This document shows, one piece after another, positions 27,391-39,408 of a stretch of DNA of 64,000 bases. Source of the stretch: Ylistrum balloti (taxonomy: Eukaryota). How positions within the stretch are numbered: the first letter of the stretch is position 1; every line of letters begins with the position of its first letter. The stretch spans positions 992,001 to 1,056,000 of the forward strand of contig NW_026782401.1 in assembly GCF_031769215.1 (NCBI RefSeq), read 5' to 3'. A program made the translations under genes and the position numbers. The notes beneath the pieces were generated by a model, which saw only the letters and a list, made by a program, of their open reading frames with translations, searched no databases and was not told the DNA's origin.

Positions 27391-29228
27391 TATTGTAGAT
27401 GATATTGTGGAGAGTGTAAATAATTCTTACTATTACATACGTGTCCATTTACTGGTATCCAAATAAAACAAACAGTTACAATGGTATATAAACTTATTAT
27501 ATTTTAAATCACTGTTCAATGAGAATTGAGCGTTAATAAGCATTTGCATTTTCTGACAATACAAACACGCAAGAAACTTTTTTTTTCTGCACAATTCTGT
27601 TCAAATTGCAAATTCATTTTCGCCATATTTTTCCATTGTCAAGTCTTCCCTATGATAATGGAGTGTTGTGAGGTCTCCAACTACAAAATATCCATAATAA
27701 CCCGATGTTATGTGTTTCTATATATATTGTTTAAGTTCTCATTGGTGTATGGATAGTAAAGGACTACTACTGCATTATCAAAGGTTTGAATACAGTCACC
27801 AAATATACATGTATGTGCTGTATTAAGTGAGCACTTGTTTTTGGAGCAGGGCGTAAACTGTTTGGTTGTATGCCTATTTTTTCAGCTATTGTTCACCTCA
27901 TTTGGAAAACGTGATATTCGTTTCTAAATGGACCAAAATTTACATGACGGAGAACATAGATGAAGCAGAAGACTTTATCTTTTCCGAAACTATTGGTTTA
28001 ATTAGCTCTGAACGTTTTGGGAGTCTGTGTAAATCTGTCTTTTATTAATATTTTGCAATAGTGTTTGGATTGAGCTTGTCATCCTTTCTATTTTGTGGTT
28101 TATTTTGTTTTGTATTCTTTCAAACGTATCTAATTGATTTTACAATGGTTCTTTATGAATATATTAAAAAGCCGAATGGCAGGTATTTGTTGATACCAAC
28201 AACATACTATTTATATACGATGTCCTGACATGCATACAATGTACATATACCAGACGCTGATCTAAATGGGTGCTGAATCTGTTGAAAATTAAAGACTTTC
28301 AGTTAGTAAAGGGATATGTCGATGGGAAACATCTTTTAGTTTGTCTTGTGAGCGAAGTTTCTGAATCTAATATGTATTGCTCTTTTTTCTGTTGTTTTTG
28401 TTTTGTTTTTGTTTTTTTAATAAGTTCATTTCCTTATTCAATAACGAAATGTCAAACAGCTCCAGTTAATATTCTTTTATTAATATCCAGGTTTTATCTT
28501 CTTATGTCATCAGCTAATTGCCAATATTTTGCACATATATGTAGTTACATATCGGATCGACTTTCACAGAAAATGACAGACTATGACCTCTAACTGGATG
28601 ATATCGAGATATTCACATAATACCTGTATCATTATTACACCTTTTAGCATATTTTCACACATAATGTTATTCATTTAGTTTAGTAAGTGATATCGACGGT
28701 AAGGTCCAATGTTCATACTGAATCCTTACAAACAAATTTTCGTTGAATGCATATTCCTTGAATAGATATATGATCAATAACGCCGTAACGACAGTATGGA
28801 CAAGTGAATCGTCAAATTTTCGAGACAATCCATCCCTTTACCAAGAAACAAAATATTTCGCACGTTATATCACGTACACAGAACATGACACAAAGACAAA
28901 GTAATAAACTGTAGACGAAATCATCATCCGGTGATTACTTGTTACTCGTAGATCATAATTTATACTTTTTGTCTTTTTTATTTCTATTTTCTCGTAGAAA
29001 TACATGCAAAATGTGTTAATGTGTTACTTTTTTAGGTTTCACATTCTTTGGAAAATATTGTTCACGTTTAAAGTCAACATTTCATTTCTTACAGTGGTAC
29101 GAGTGTGTGGAAGCCCAAAACTACAAGGCGATGGTTTAGTCAGCTGCGCCATGTCAAGATTTTCTGGCCTGTCATCCGCCGATGTAAAAAGTTGTGCGAT
29201 TGGTCTTTCTGGTACCGCTCGTGCGAAT

Positions 29229-29244
29229 TGACCTCAGTTGACCT
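29229..29244 (-). promoter_or_regulatory. Perfect DR4 nuclear-receptor element (AGGTCA-ACTG-AGGTCA)
   Basis: The plus strand reads TGACCT-CAGT-TGACCT, inside a GC/CpG-rich island. Function untested. Confidence 0.45.
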
Positions 29245-30054
29245 GCATAAACAAACAGTTCCGGAATAAACACAATTATATGACTATTTTTTGCTTTGCT
29301 GGCCAATAACGTGGGCACTTTAGAGAAAGTCATTTTAGTACGTTGCATATTTTACATATCCTCCCAGCATGATACTTGGACTCCAAAAAAAGCAGGTAAG
29401 GTGTTATTATGTTAAAATTTATTTCTATGATACACAACTGATGATTATAAGGATACATTATTTAAACTTTAACTTTCAAATCTGTGCAATGTATGCTGCT
29501 TTCAAGTCAAGATTAACTGATATTGTTTCCATACGTGGTTGAGTATCTGAAGTAATCCTTACCGATACAACACACGCTTGTACACTTGGTGTTTGATGAT
29601 ACACAGTGATTTACTATGTTATTCTAGGCGAGAAGATACTCGTAAAATTTGCTTTTATTACCGTTTTATTACATGCTTAGTCATAAAGTAGCAATAGATG
29701 TTACACTGCAGCCTTTCACTTTTGAACAGTGTAAATTACAGCTCGAAACATCACCAATGATTTTGTATACATGTTGCGTTATGCATACGGAACAACATAC
29801 AATATCGAATGAATCCATACATTATTTAAGCCAATAGAATAACACAAGTTACACAGACCTCAGCGCATAACATACCGACGTGTGTGCTGAGACCTAAACT
29901 GTGTACTGTTGGTTATTAGTTTATTCCGATGGGTATGAATGATCGATGGAAACGCATGTATTCTGTCTTTATGTCAATACTTCAAGCAAGGAAACAAATT
30001 GGAAAATTGTGTTATCTTTTTTGATAATGATAAACTCATTACCATTTTCATTAA

Positions 30055-30244
30055 NNNNNNNNNNNNNNNNNNNNNNNNNNNNNNNNNNNNNNNNNNNNNN
30101 NNNNNNNNNNNNNNNNNNNNNNNNNNNNNNNNNNNNNNNNNNNNNNNNNNNNNNNNNNNNNNNNNNNNNNNNNNNNNNNNNNNNNNNNNNNNNNNNNNNN
30201 NNNNNNNNNNNNNNNNNNNNNNNNNNNNNNNNNNNNNNNNNNNN
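30055..30244. other. Assembly gap (190 N)
   Basis: Run of N. Confidence 1.
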
Positions 30245-33200
30245 GATCGTATTCTTTTCGACAAACATAACTTCTTCGGAATGCACACACTCAAAATATA
30301 TTTTCCTATCTATAATCACGCATTTAACATCTTATTTCATAAAATAGATATAATTATGTATATATCTATCTTCGATGTTTAGACAAATAATGACGATTCG
30401 GATCTCATCTGAACGGTGTATTAAGAATGTAAGACAAATTGATATCCAGAAATGCCGAAGGAAATTTAAAGAAAAAGAATGTTATGTTTATTCAAGTCGA
30501 ATGTCGAAAATATATACAGATAAAATTGTTTCCGGTGTTAGAAGCTATTTATTAATCAAATGTATATGTGAAATAGATAATGATAATTTATCAATGGCAA
30601 TGTGCGCAAGCGTAATTTGGAAATAAATGTAATCAGTTATATCAAGGGAAAAAATCAATTGTTAATTGAACAGGTAAGTTTTATTGATGTGCTCTTGAAA
30701 TTAACAAAGGAAGGTACTTCAATTCATAATGAAATATGTTCGGTTTCAAAATCAAAGAATCCCTTTACAATATCGTTATTTTGTCAATAAAATCTTTTTT
30801 TTTTTTTCAAAATAGGTAAAATCTGAGTATAACGTAAAAGGTAATATTCTTTTCTTGATTTATGTTTCCGTTTAATTTCTATTTCTTAGGAAATGTCAAG
30901 CTCAACTATTTCATTGCTTCTTGCCTTACGGTCCATCGGTATATACAATTTACAGAATAGTGTATATGAATAAATAGACAAGAAAATGATATCCTAAAAT
31001 TTTAAATGATACATTTGTTTCAATGGATGTGCATCATCAATATATTTCGCCACATAACGCGATTATTTAACGTTTTTTACTATTAAATTGAATTGTTCAC
31101 AAACATTTCTTTTCTCAGAAGTAAGTTCCAGTGTACTGCGTACATTGTAATTAAGAAATAAAGTCAATTTCTTCTAGCAAACATACTAAACTAGCAACCA
31201 TGTTTATGGATATGATTTGTATTATTCACATCAATGGTGGGTTTATACATTATATAGCGGCAAATGGAGAGGAATGTGTTTTATTTTGTTTCTAATTGTA
31301 ATAAACATTCACAGATACAAATCTGGATAGTGATGTTTTAATATGCATAAGTATTTAAACGTTGAAAATATGAAAAACGATTTTCAGAATGTTAAGACAG
31401 TCCGTTTTATATAAAAACTAATGCAACTTTTGAACTTCCTGTTAATTCAATTTGAGGGTTTTACATAAGATATCCATGTGATGTTGGTTTTACATTTCAC
31501 AGGTAAATATTTTATATGGACGTCCAAAGATACAGCTGTAGTATATATTTTTTGCTAACCGATATACATGTATTAAATTCATTAAAATACTTTTCTTTAA
31601 AATGATAAATAATTTCGGAATTTTCAAGTGAATATCCTATGACATTATATGATAAAATTCTTTAAAAAAAATTGCAATACATATAAATTATCAATCTATG
31701 CCAGGGCTGAATATTGATTTATATTAGATGTATATAAATTACATAAGTAAAATATGAAAACAACAAATTCAGACCCGAAGCATGATTCGTATTGAAATAC
31801 GAATATATGAGTACCCGAAAACGCGAATTACAACGTGGATTATTTTCGTCCAAAGTAACCAAATACAGGTTAGTTTATATTATAAACTACAAGCTTATCT
31901 TCATCTAATTTTTCGGGGTCGGCTTATTTTGATGGTATGCAAATATACAAAGAAATATGGCCATTGAAACAAATAAAAAGATAAAAGAAATAAATATGTG
32001 GCAAAAATAATTGCGATAGTGTGCAGTTTAGATGTATACCTAATACCTTCTTACATCTGACAATGTCATGACTTTAAGACTTTTTTTCATTATTTCCTAT
32101 TTTTTTCGAATTTTTGCTGCAGTTATAATTTCTTAACCTGTAAATCTTTATTCGGTGTGATTATACTTATCTGTCAGTTGCCATCATGAAAGGTTAAATT
32201 TGTCATCATATATTCACACAATATGAAGAGCAAGTAAACATAATTATAAACAAGGTAAATAACTTAATTAAGAATATTATTAATTACATGTTTAATTACT
32301 CCATTTCGCACATACTTATGTCTCGTAGATCGTTGCAACGCCAGAAATATTTAGAATGAAGTGATATTACCTGCAAACAGTTATCTTGAATTTAATAAGA
32401 GCACGAGCTGATGTTTATGTCCTGTTTACGCAAGGATAGCTTGCATATTGTCCGTATCTTCAATGTATGAATTCATTATATCTGTCACTTACTTAGCTGT
32501 GTAACAAACGATGCTTGGTGTTGTGTATCAAGTTACGAAAGACACAGATTCCTTTCAGGATGGCAGGACCTCGTAATCATTGCAAATGCCAACTAACAAA
32601 CATTTATTGCTTATGTTATAGAATACAACTCGTTTAATCTAGACTTTTAACAACAGACTGTCTTACAGTATGATAAATCTGATACATAATTACAGTGGAC
32701 TGGAATATCAGTTTTACCATTTCGTTTTTAATAAGAAAGGCAGTTTGTTACAATGTGGCAGAATTAGACACGTTGCATGGGGCAGGGTTCGCAATAGACG
32801 ACAAAGGTATTTTGTCATACTTATTTTATTAGAGGCAAACTATTTAATACCGTGTATACGGCGAATGTCTTTTGTCATGCCCTATTTTAGCAAATTAAAA
32901 ATAAAAAATTACAAAACTTGCATATACCGACTTAGATGTATAATTTATCGCAATATTTAACATATATTTTGAGTGTAGAAGCAGAAGTGAATATCATTTT
33001 TCAATACATTTAATATCATACACTGTACAGCGAAATGATATACTAAAGCTCAACCCTTCATTGATGCCGGGGATAAAGATGTTGAAACCTAGGAAGATCT
33101 GAGGAATACCAAACTTGGTCGAAATACATGTACTAGTCTAGTAATGAAAATACATTTAGCTCAATGATGAATAGTTTCAAAAGAAAGTCAAGTATACAGG

Positions 33201-34583
33201 TATATTATGATAGTATCATATTCTGAGACAAACCTGACATATTTCATTTTGCTGAGCACACTTACCATGTACATCTATATGCACATTTCGGAGGTTAATC
33301 ACATTGACGTTCAGGTTGTAATTTTGCTTACATCTTTTGCTAGTTATTCCAATTTCAAAGGAGATATCCAAGAATAATTAATCAAGTAACTGACCAAGTG
33401 AATGTTAAGTACAAAAATATTTTGTTGTGTCAGCTTCAAAATCCAATCTTTAGTCCATTCTACTAACTTGTTATTACAAAACCATAGACAACTTTACGGA
33501 TTGGCCTTGTTAATAAAGGTTGTATGTTTGTTGTTACAACGAAAAGCGTTTTACTTCATGCCTTTAATATGATTATGGGATTCAGAAAACAATCGACAAG
33601 TTGATTGACAATGAAAGAAATTGTGAAGCCTAGGAGACGGCCAAGGAAAATCCAAAATCTAGACTGGGAGGTGCAGCATCATTAAATAAATTGCAGTTTC
33701 AAGTATATGTGCATATTCTGCACCTTGCCAGTATTTGAACGAATCAAAATGTGGCATGCAACTGATTGATCGAGAGAGGAACAAGGGTAGTATATTGTCA
33801 GTAAACACTTAATTTAAAACTGTGACTAAATGGAAATTTAGTTTTATAAATTTATGGCTTAAATAATGATAATGATTATGCTAACCGTAATTATGATGTT
33901 CTGCCCGTGAGACTTGTCTCTTTTTCTTTAGATGCGAGATTTTTTCAGTTGTGCAAATTTGCGATGAACTGATGTTTCTACATGGCTATTATTGACTCAA
34001 TTTCACTGTATGATTCAATTTACTTCATTCTTTGCATGTTATACTATTTCTAGTTCTAAATCTGTTTTGAAAGTTGCTTATCATATGTATTGCTATCATA
34101 CAAGCCGTTAAACTAGACATTAATCAACGTTTTATCATAACATTATCACACTTTCTCCGACATGGCACGAGACTATCATGGCTTCTTTTATCATAGTCTT
34201 TTTCTCAGAATTTTTGATGACATGTGCTTTGTCGTTAAGTGATAAACATAGTCCGTAAAGATATCAGTATATACATGATACCCAGGAAACTTTTTCCAAA
34301 AAACAATCCTGCAAGATTCATGGGCAAAATGCAATCTTGTAGTTAAAAGTGAATCCATCAACAAACTGACTGAAATTATGCTTTAAAATAGAGACACTTA
34401 CACTTTTTCTAAGTTATATTAATATTAAGCATAAAAAATCAGTATGTTGTAGGTGATTGCAGTTTGTCAAATGGCAGTAATGGTCACTGCAATTGTGATA
34501 TATGTTTGTTGTAAATGTGCAGTTGTATCGCAAAGGTTTCTAAATATATTGAAAAGAAACTAGACGATAACTGACTCCCTGTC

Positions 34584-34948
34584 GAATATCCTATGAACAT
34601 TTATCCTGCCACTGGCGCTGCCATTGTCAGAATACACCTACTACATATATGTTTGCTGTATTCGGCAGTGACGGAAAACAGATGTATTTTAGCACGTGCA
34701 TTGATTCTACAGAATTTCTGTCTGATTTACTTAGACGTTTCATTTAGAAATATAAATCCCTGGTTTTAAGCGATTTTATTTATTATTACAAAATATAGCC
34801 ATTAGCGCGGACTAATAATTATTTTGACGTGCGTTATCAGGCATAATTCAGCGTAACATCAAGGTTAGGTAAACAAAGAGTAAATAGCCCTAACAAACAG
34901 TTGAAGTTCAATAGTCCGAATTTTCAGTAAGTATTGCAGGATAAATAG
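34584..34948. mobile_element. MITE-like non-autonomous element, copy 1
   Basis: Direct repeat of 36446-36853. An 11-bp (sub)terminal inverted repeat runs ATTTATCCTGC ... GCAGGATAAAT. No ORF. Confidence 0.75.
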
Positions 34949-36445
34949 AATACATGGTTAGTGCCAGAAAACTAATTCGCATTTTTACTTGGGACAGAAA
35001 AACGAACGTGGTTAGCATTTGCCTGTTTTATATTGTAAGTCACTGACCATAAAGTTTCCATGTTTTTCCAGAGAATGACACAACATGAGTATATTCCATA
35101 GGAATTAAAATTAAAAACCAAAATCTTGTGTGATCTTCTGTGTCGTATTTTCATCACTCTTGTACTCAATATGGGGTGAGCACATCACTATAAGCTCCTA
35201 CATAAATTTGTTTGTAGCTTGTATTTAAAGGAACAAAGGATGGGTTTTTTCCCCTATGTAGACTATCCCAAACATATTCCTGAATCTATTATAGAAAGCA
35301 CAATAGACACAAACGTGAAAAGCACGTTTTAATACAAATTTAGAATAAAATACAATAGAGCCAAACAATGAATTTAACTGAATAAGAAAGCTGTTTCGTC
35401 GTTTTGGAACTCGTCATTGATGCTAATGGCCTAGAGTTTTGAAGTCTAGGAAGCGACAGAGGAAAAAAAGATGGAAGGAAAAGTCATAATCCAAACGATT
35501 GCAGTAGCCCTATTATTAAATAACTTCATTGTTTTCATCTATCAGTTTTGAACACGGTCATTTACAGGTGTATGTTCTGATCAGTGCCACTATTTACATG
35601 CGATGAAACGTGGCATGCAGTTTACGGCAAACCTCGAGGACTAAAGTTCACTTGAATTTAAATAACACAACGCTTGTTTACAAAAAATCATTTTAGCTAG
35701 TTGGCAAGTACGCTTGTCGTTTTTTAAGCAAACTAAAAATGAATAATTTCTTGAAATATTTTTAGCGTGACCATGTGGTATTTACAATTGATTCGTACAC
35801 TAAATGGCTACAAGTCATTAGTAATATGCCACTAAATTTCCGGAAAGCAACAACTGCACAAACAAATAGTATAAATATTGCTTGTATTGAAATAAGTATG
35901 GTTTTTTTCTTCCGATTTATTTGCAAATGAACAGAAATTTCTGCGGAGTTCAGTGTAGTGAATGGAAAACAGCGTTCTCATTGGTCAAAACCAAACCCAA
36001 TAACATTGTGACGATTTGACTGGTTACTAGCTCCTAAGTGTTTTGTAAAGAATTGCTCTTCATAATACGTTCATTTAGCTTATCTCCCCTAGTCTGAGAC
36101 TTACAGTTAGACATATCGTAAAGATAAATAATATTGTAAAGCTGAATTTCTTCTATAATTTTAATATTCAAGAGACGGGGCCAGTCTAGGTGAAGATGTA
36201 AGGGTGAAATGAGGATATAGATTATTTATTTTATTGGTAGTAATGTACTTTCACTTCTATTTAACGTTCTGAACGGGTCATATTATTGGTCGTTTGATGA
36301 CAAATTTTTGGACTGGTCTAATTAACTAAGGATAATGCCTTCGAAATTAGGATGTTCTACTTCTTTGAGCAATATAAAGAATTAAAATGTCCAATTTTCG
36401 TTAGTATGCCTTGTGGTATCATTGGATTAGCTCCATTTTCATTTT

Positions 36446-36853
36446 GAATATCCTATGGAAATGTATCCTGCCACTGGCGCTGCCATTGTCAGAATACACC
36501 TACTACATATATGTTTGCTGTATTCGGCAGTGACGGAAAACAGATGTATTTTAGCACGTGCATTGATTCTACAGAATTTCTGTTAGATTTATTTAACCGT
36601 TTTATTTTAAAAATATAAATCCCTGGTTTTAAGCGATTTTATTTATTATTACAAAAATATAGCCATTTTCAAAAATTCCTGAAATTGCTTTTAATATCCA
36701 TTAAAGTGTAAAACTATATTTCATCGCGGACTAATTTTTTTGACGTGCGTTATCAGGCATAATTCAGCGTAACATCAACGTCAGGAAAAAGAAGGGTAAA
36801 ACACCCTGAAGCTCAAAAGTCTGAATTTTCAATAAGTATTGCAGGATAAATAG
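36446..36853. mobile_element. MITE-like non-autonomous element, copy 2
   Basis: 120 bp (36464-36583) are identical to 34602-34721, with further identical blocks downstream. It carries an extra ~55-bp internal segment and ends in GCAGGATAAATAG. Confidence 0.75.
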
Positions 36854-39259
36854 TATGCCTTGTGGTTTCATTTTATTATATCGATTCTAATTTTATAAAC
36901 GTGAGATTATTTTGATTTACCCAGATTCGCCTGTTAAAGAAGTAGACACTTATGTACCTATGTTCCAACAGCTTTCTTGTTAATTTCCTATTTGTAACTT
37001 TTGTTCTATGTATGTTTTATACATTTTGAGTCTTGGTTACAACCTTCTTATCATTGTGTTGTGGATTGACGAGATTGCCTTTATTCGTGAGAGCTGAGTT
37101 GTTTTGATATAAATTAGACAACTATTATGAAAATAATACATTCATCAAAATTGACAACACAGTATTTTCTGTCATCAGCATCACTGAGTATATGCTTTAT
37201 ATATATAATGTAAAGGTATATGAAGTTACATCGGAGAGTAACGGCAAATACCGTCCGACTTCGCGTTCAATATTAATTCTTACTGCTGTTATTAGTGGTA
37301 CTTGTTCTTCCTCTTGTAAAATGACGAGCTAGTGTATCCCCCGTCCTCATTGCGACATTGATTTCGGTAATTTTTCTTTAATAATATCATTAGTTGTGCC
37401 ACATTAAGGATGCTCTTCTCTGATGTTTGACCGGAAGTAGGGCATAATTTAATATAACGTTAATATTTGTACTTACAAGCTGAACAGATTGGAAAAGTTT
37501 TGCTGTATATGACGGTTTGAACAATTTTCGTTTACTTACCACATTTATGAATGAGCAGTTGTCGGCGTAATTTTTATGAATAGCACCAACAATGTCAGCA
37601 GTAATTCTCTTGAAATCTTACACGAATTGTCTTTACATTTTACTGATTTCAAATCCCTGCATTCTTCTTTGGTGGGCTTCTTTCGCTCATTTTTAGGAGC
37701 TGACAACAAACATTAAAGCTTGGTGATGGAAAAATGGCTATTTGGATGGAAATTAAAAATAAAAGAGCACAGACTGCCTCTTTTTAAATCATTACAGATG
37801 TCCCCTACAAGTTCCTTTATCCAAATATAAGATCTTAAAAGTTAAATACAAGACGATTGTTAAGTCCAGGATTGACGTTATTTGTTCAAATTTTCATTTG
37901 TTGGTTACTTTGTAGATTTCAACTCATTGAATCAAACGAAAACATGGCATTTTCACCTTATTCTTACTTTACCTTACTATTATCCTTAAATTAAAACAGA
38001 AAATTTGTTTAAAGGAATGCCTATTATTGAAGAGAACAATTATGGCTGATGTGAGAAAATTAGTTATTTCCATCAAACATATTCCGAGGCCTATATCAGA
38101 AAAAAGAGAGTACAGCAACACATTGATTCTTTTGCTTTTAAATCATTTTCTTTATCTAACCATCCAAAAATCATCACGAGAACAACAGTTTAAAACTGAA
38201 AGAGGTTACATACTTACCGTCGAAGAAAAGACGGTTTTAAAAGAGCCGCGTTTATATATTGATGAAAATAAACTATTTACTGTCAGTTATGTCCTCTGAG
38301 ACTTCCAAATCCTGATTTGGTGGAGCACCATGTGGGTATACCAGTCTGGATGTCTGTTTCAATGTTGACGGTCTTAAAAACAGTGAATTCCGATTATGTC
38401 ACTTAGATGTGAATTAATTTGCATTTACTATTTTAAAACAGTGAACAGGTGTTCGTCAATTCAAATAATGCTCCGATGATTTTATAACATCCTATCTAAC
38501 GCAGATCAAAGCATTAATGGCTTTCGCGTGTATTCCAATGGAATGCATTTGTGTACCAAATGTACAGGAGAACAACATTAGTGTCCATTCTACGTGCTTA
38601 CGACAATAACAATGAACAAATACATAATTTCATCGGTAATTGAAATTGAAAATGTATCATGAAAGCGTTATCCAGACTATGCAAAATCGTTATATTCAGC
38701 ATGTAGAGCCTTTGTTGTGTCCGAGGATCAAATTTGATCATAGAATATATCATGAAACATTACGGATAAGAATGTTTCCTAATTGGCGAGTATGTAAAAT
38801 ATCTCTAAAATGAATCACAATAGATTAGTTCACAGAGTACATGATTCTAGACTATATTAAAGTTTAAACATATCGGCATATATATAAGATTTCCAATATG
38901 TTACAAATAGATGCATTTATCTATATTTTACTTCTGATACTGGAAATGATTTCTGTTAAGCGTCGGCTTGACGCTTGTTTGAAAGTAAACGATATTGATA
39001 TTGTAAGACATATTTAATATCAGGTTAATGAACATCTCATAGATGCTTAAACTTTTTTTTATTTCAGCTAACCAGTACTTAAATTTATGATCTGAGTGTG
39101 GTCTTTTGTATATTCTATCGAAAGTGCTTACCAAGTAGAACGGTAATTACACTTCGGATTCACTTTTTCATTCTCTTAATAACAAAATACCATTTTATAC
39201 AACATTCATGGATTTTTTGTATTATCTGGTAATGTTGTTTGGCACTTCAGAATGTGTTT

Positions 39260-39408
39260 NNNNNNNNNNNNNNNNNNNNNNNNNNNNNNNNNNNNNNNNN
39301 NNNNNNNNNNNNNNNNNNNNNNNNNNNNNNNNNNNNNNNNNNNNNNNNNNNNNNNNNNNNNNNNNNNNNNNNNNNNNNNNNNNNNNNNNNNNNNNNNNNN
39401 NNNNNNNN
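39260..39408. other. Assembly gap (149 N)
   Basis: Run of N. Confidence 1.

Noticed and set aside
29939-30382. Long ORFs (up to 147 aa) around 30 kb, and similar ones at 39.2-39.6 kb and 60.8-61.1 kb
   Set aside because: Artefacts of reading through N gaps.
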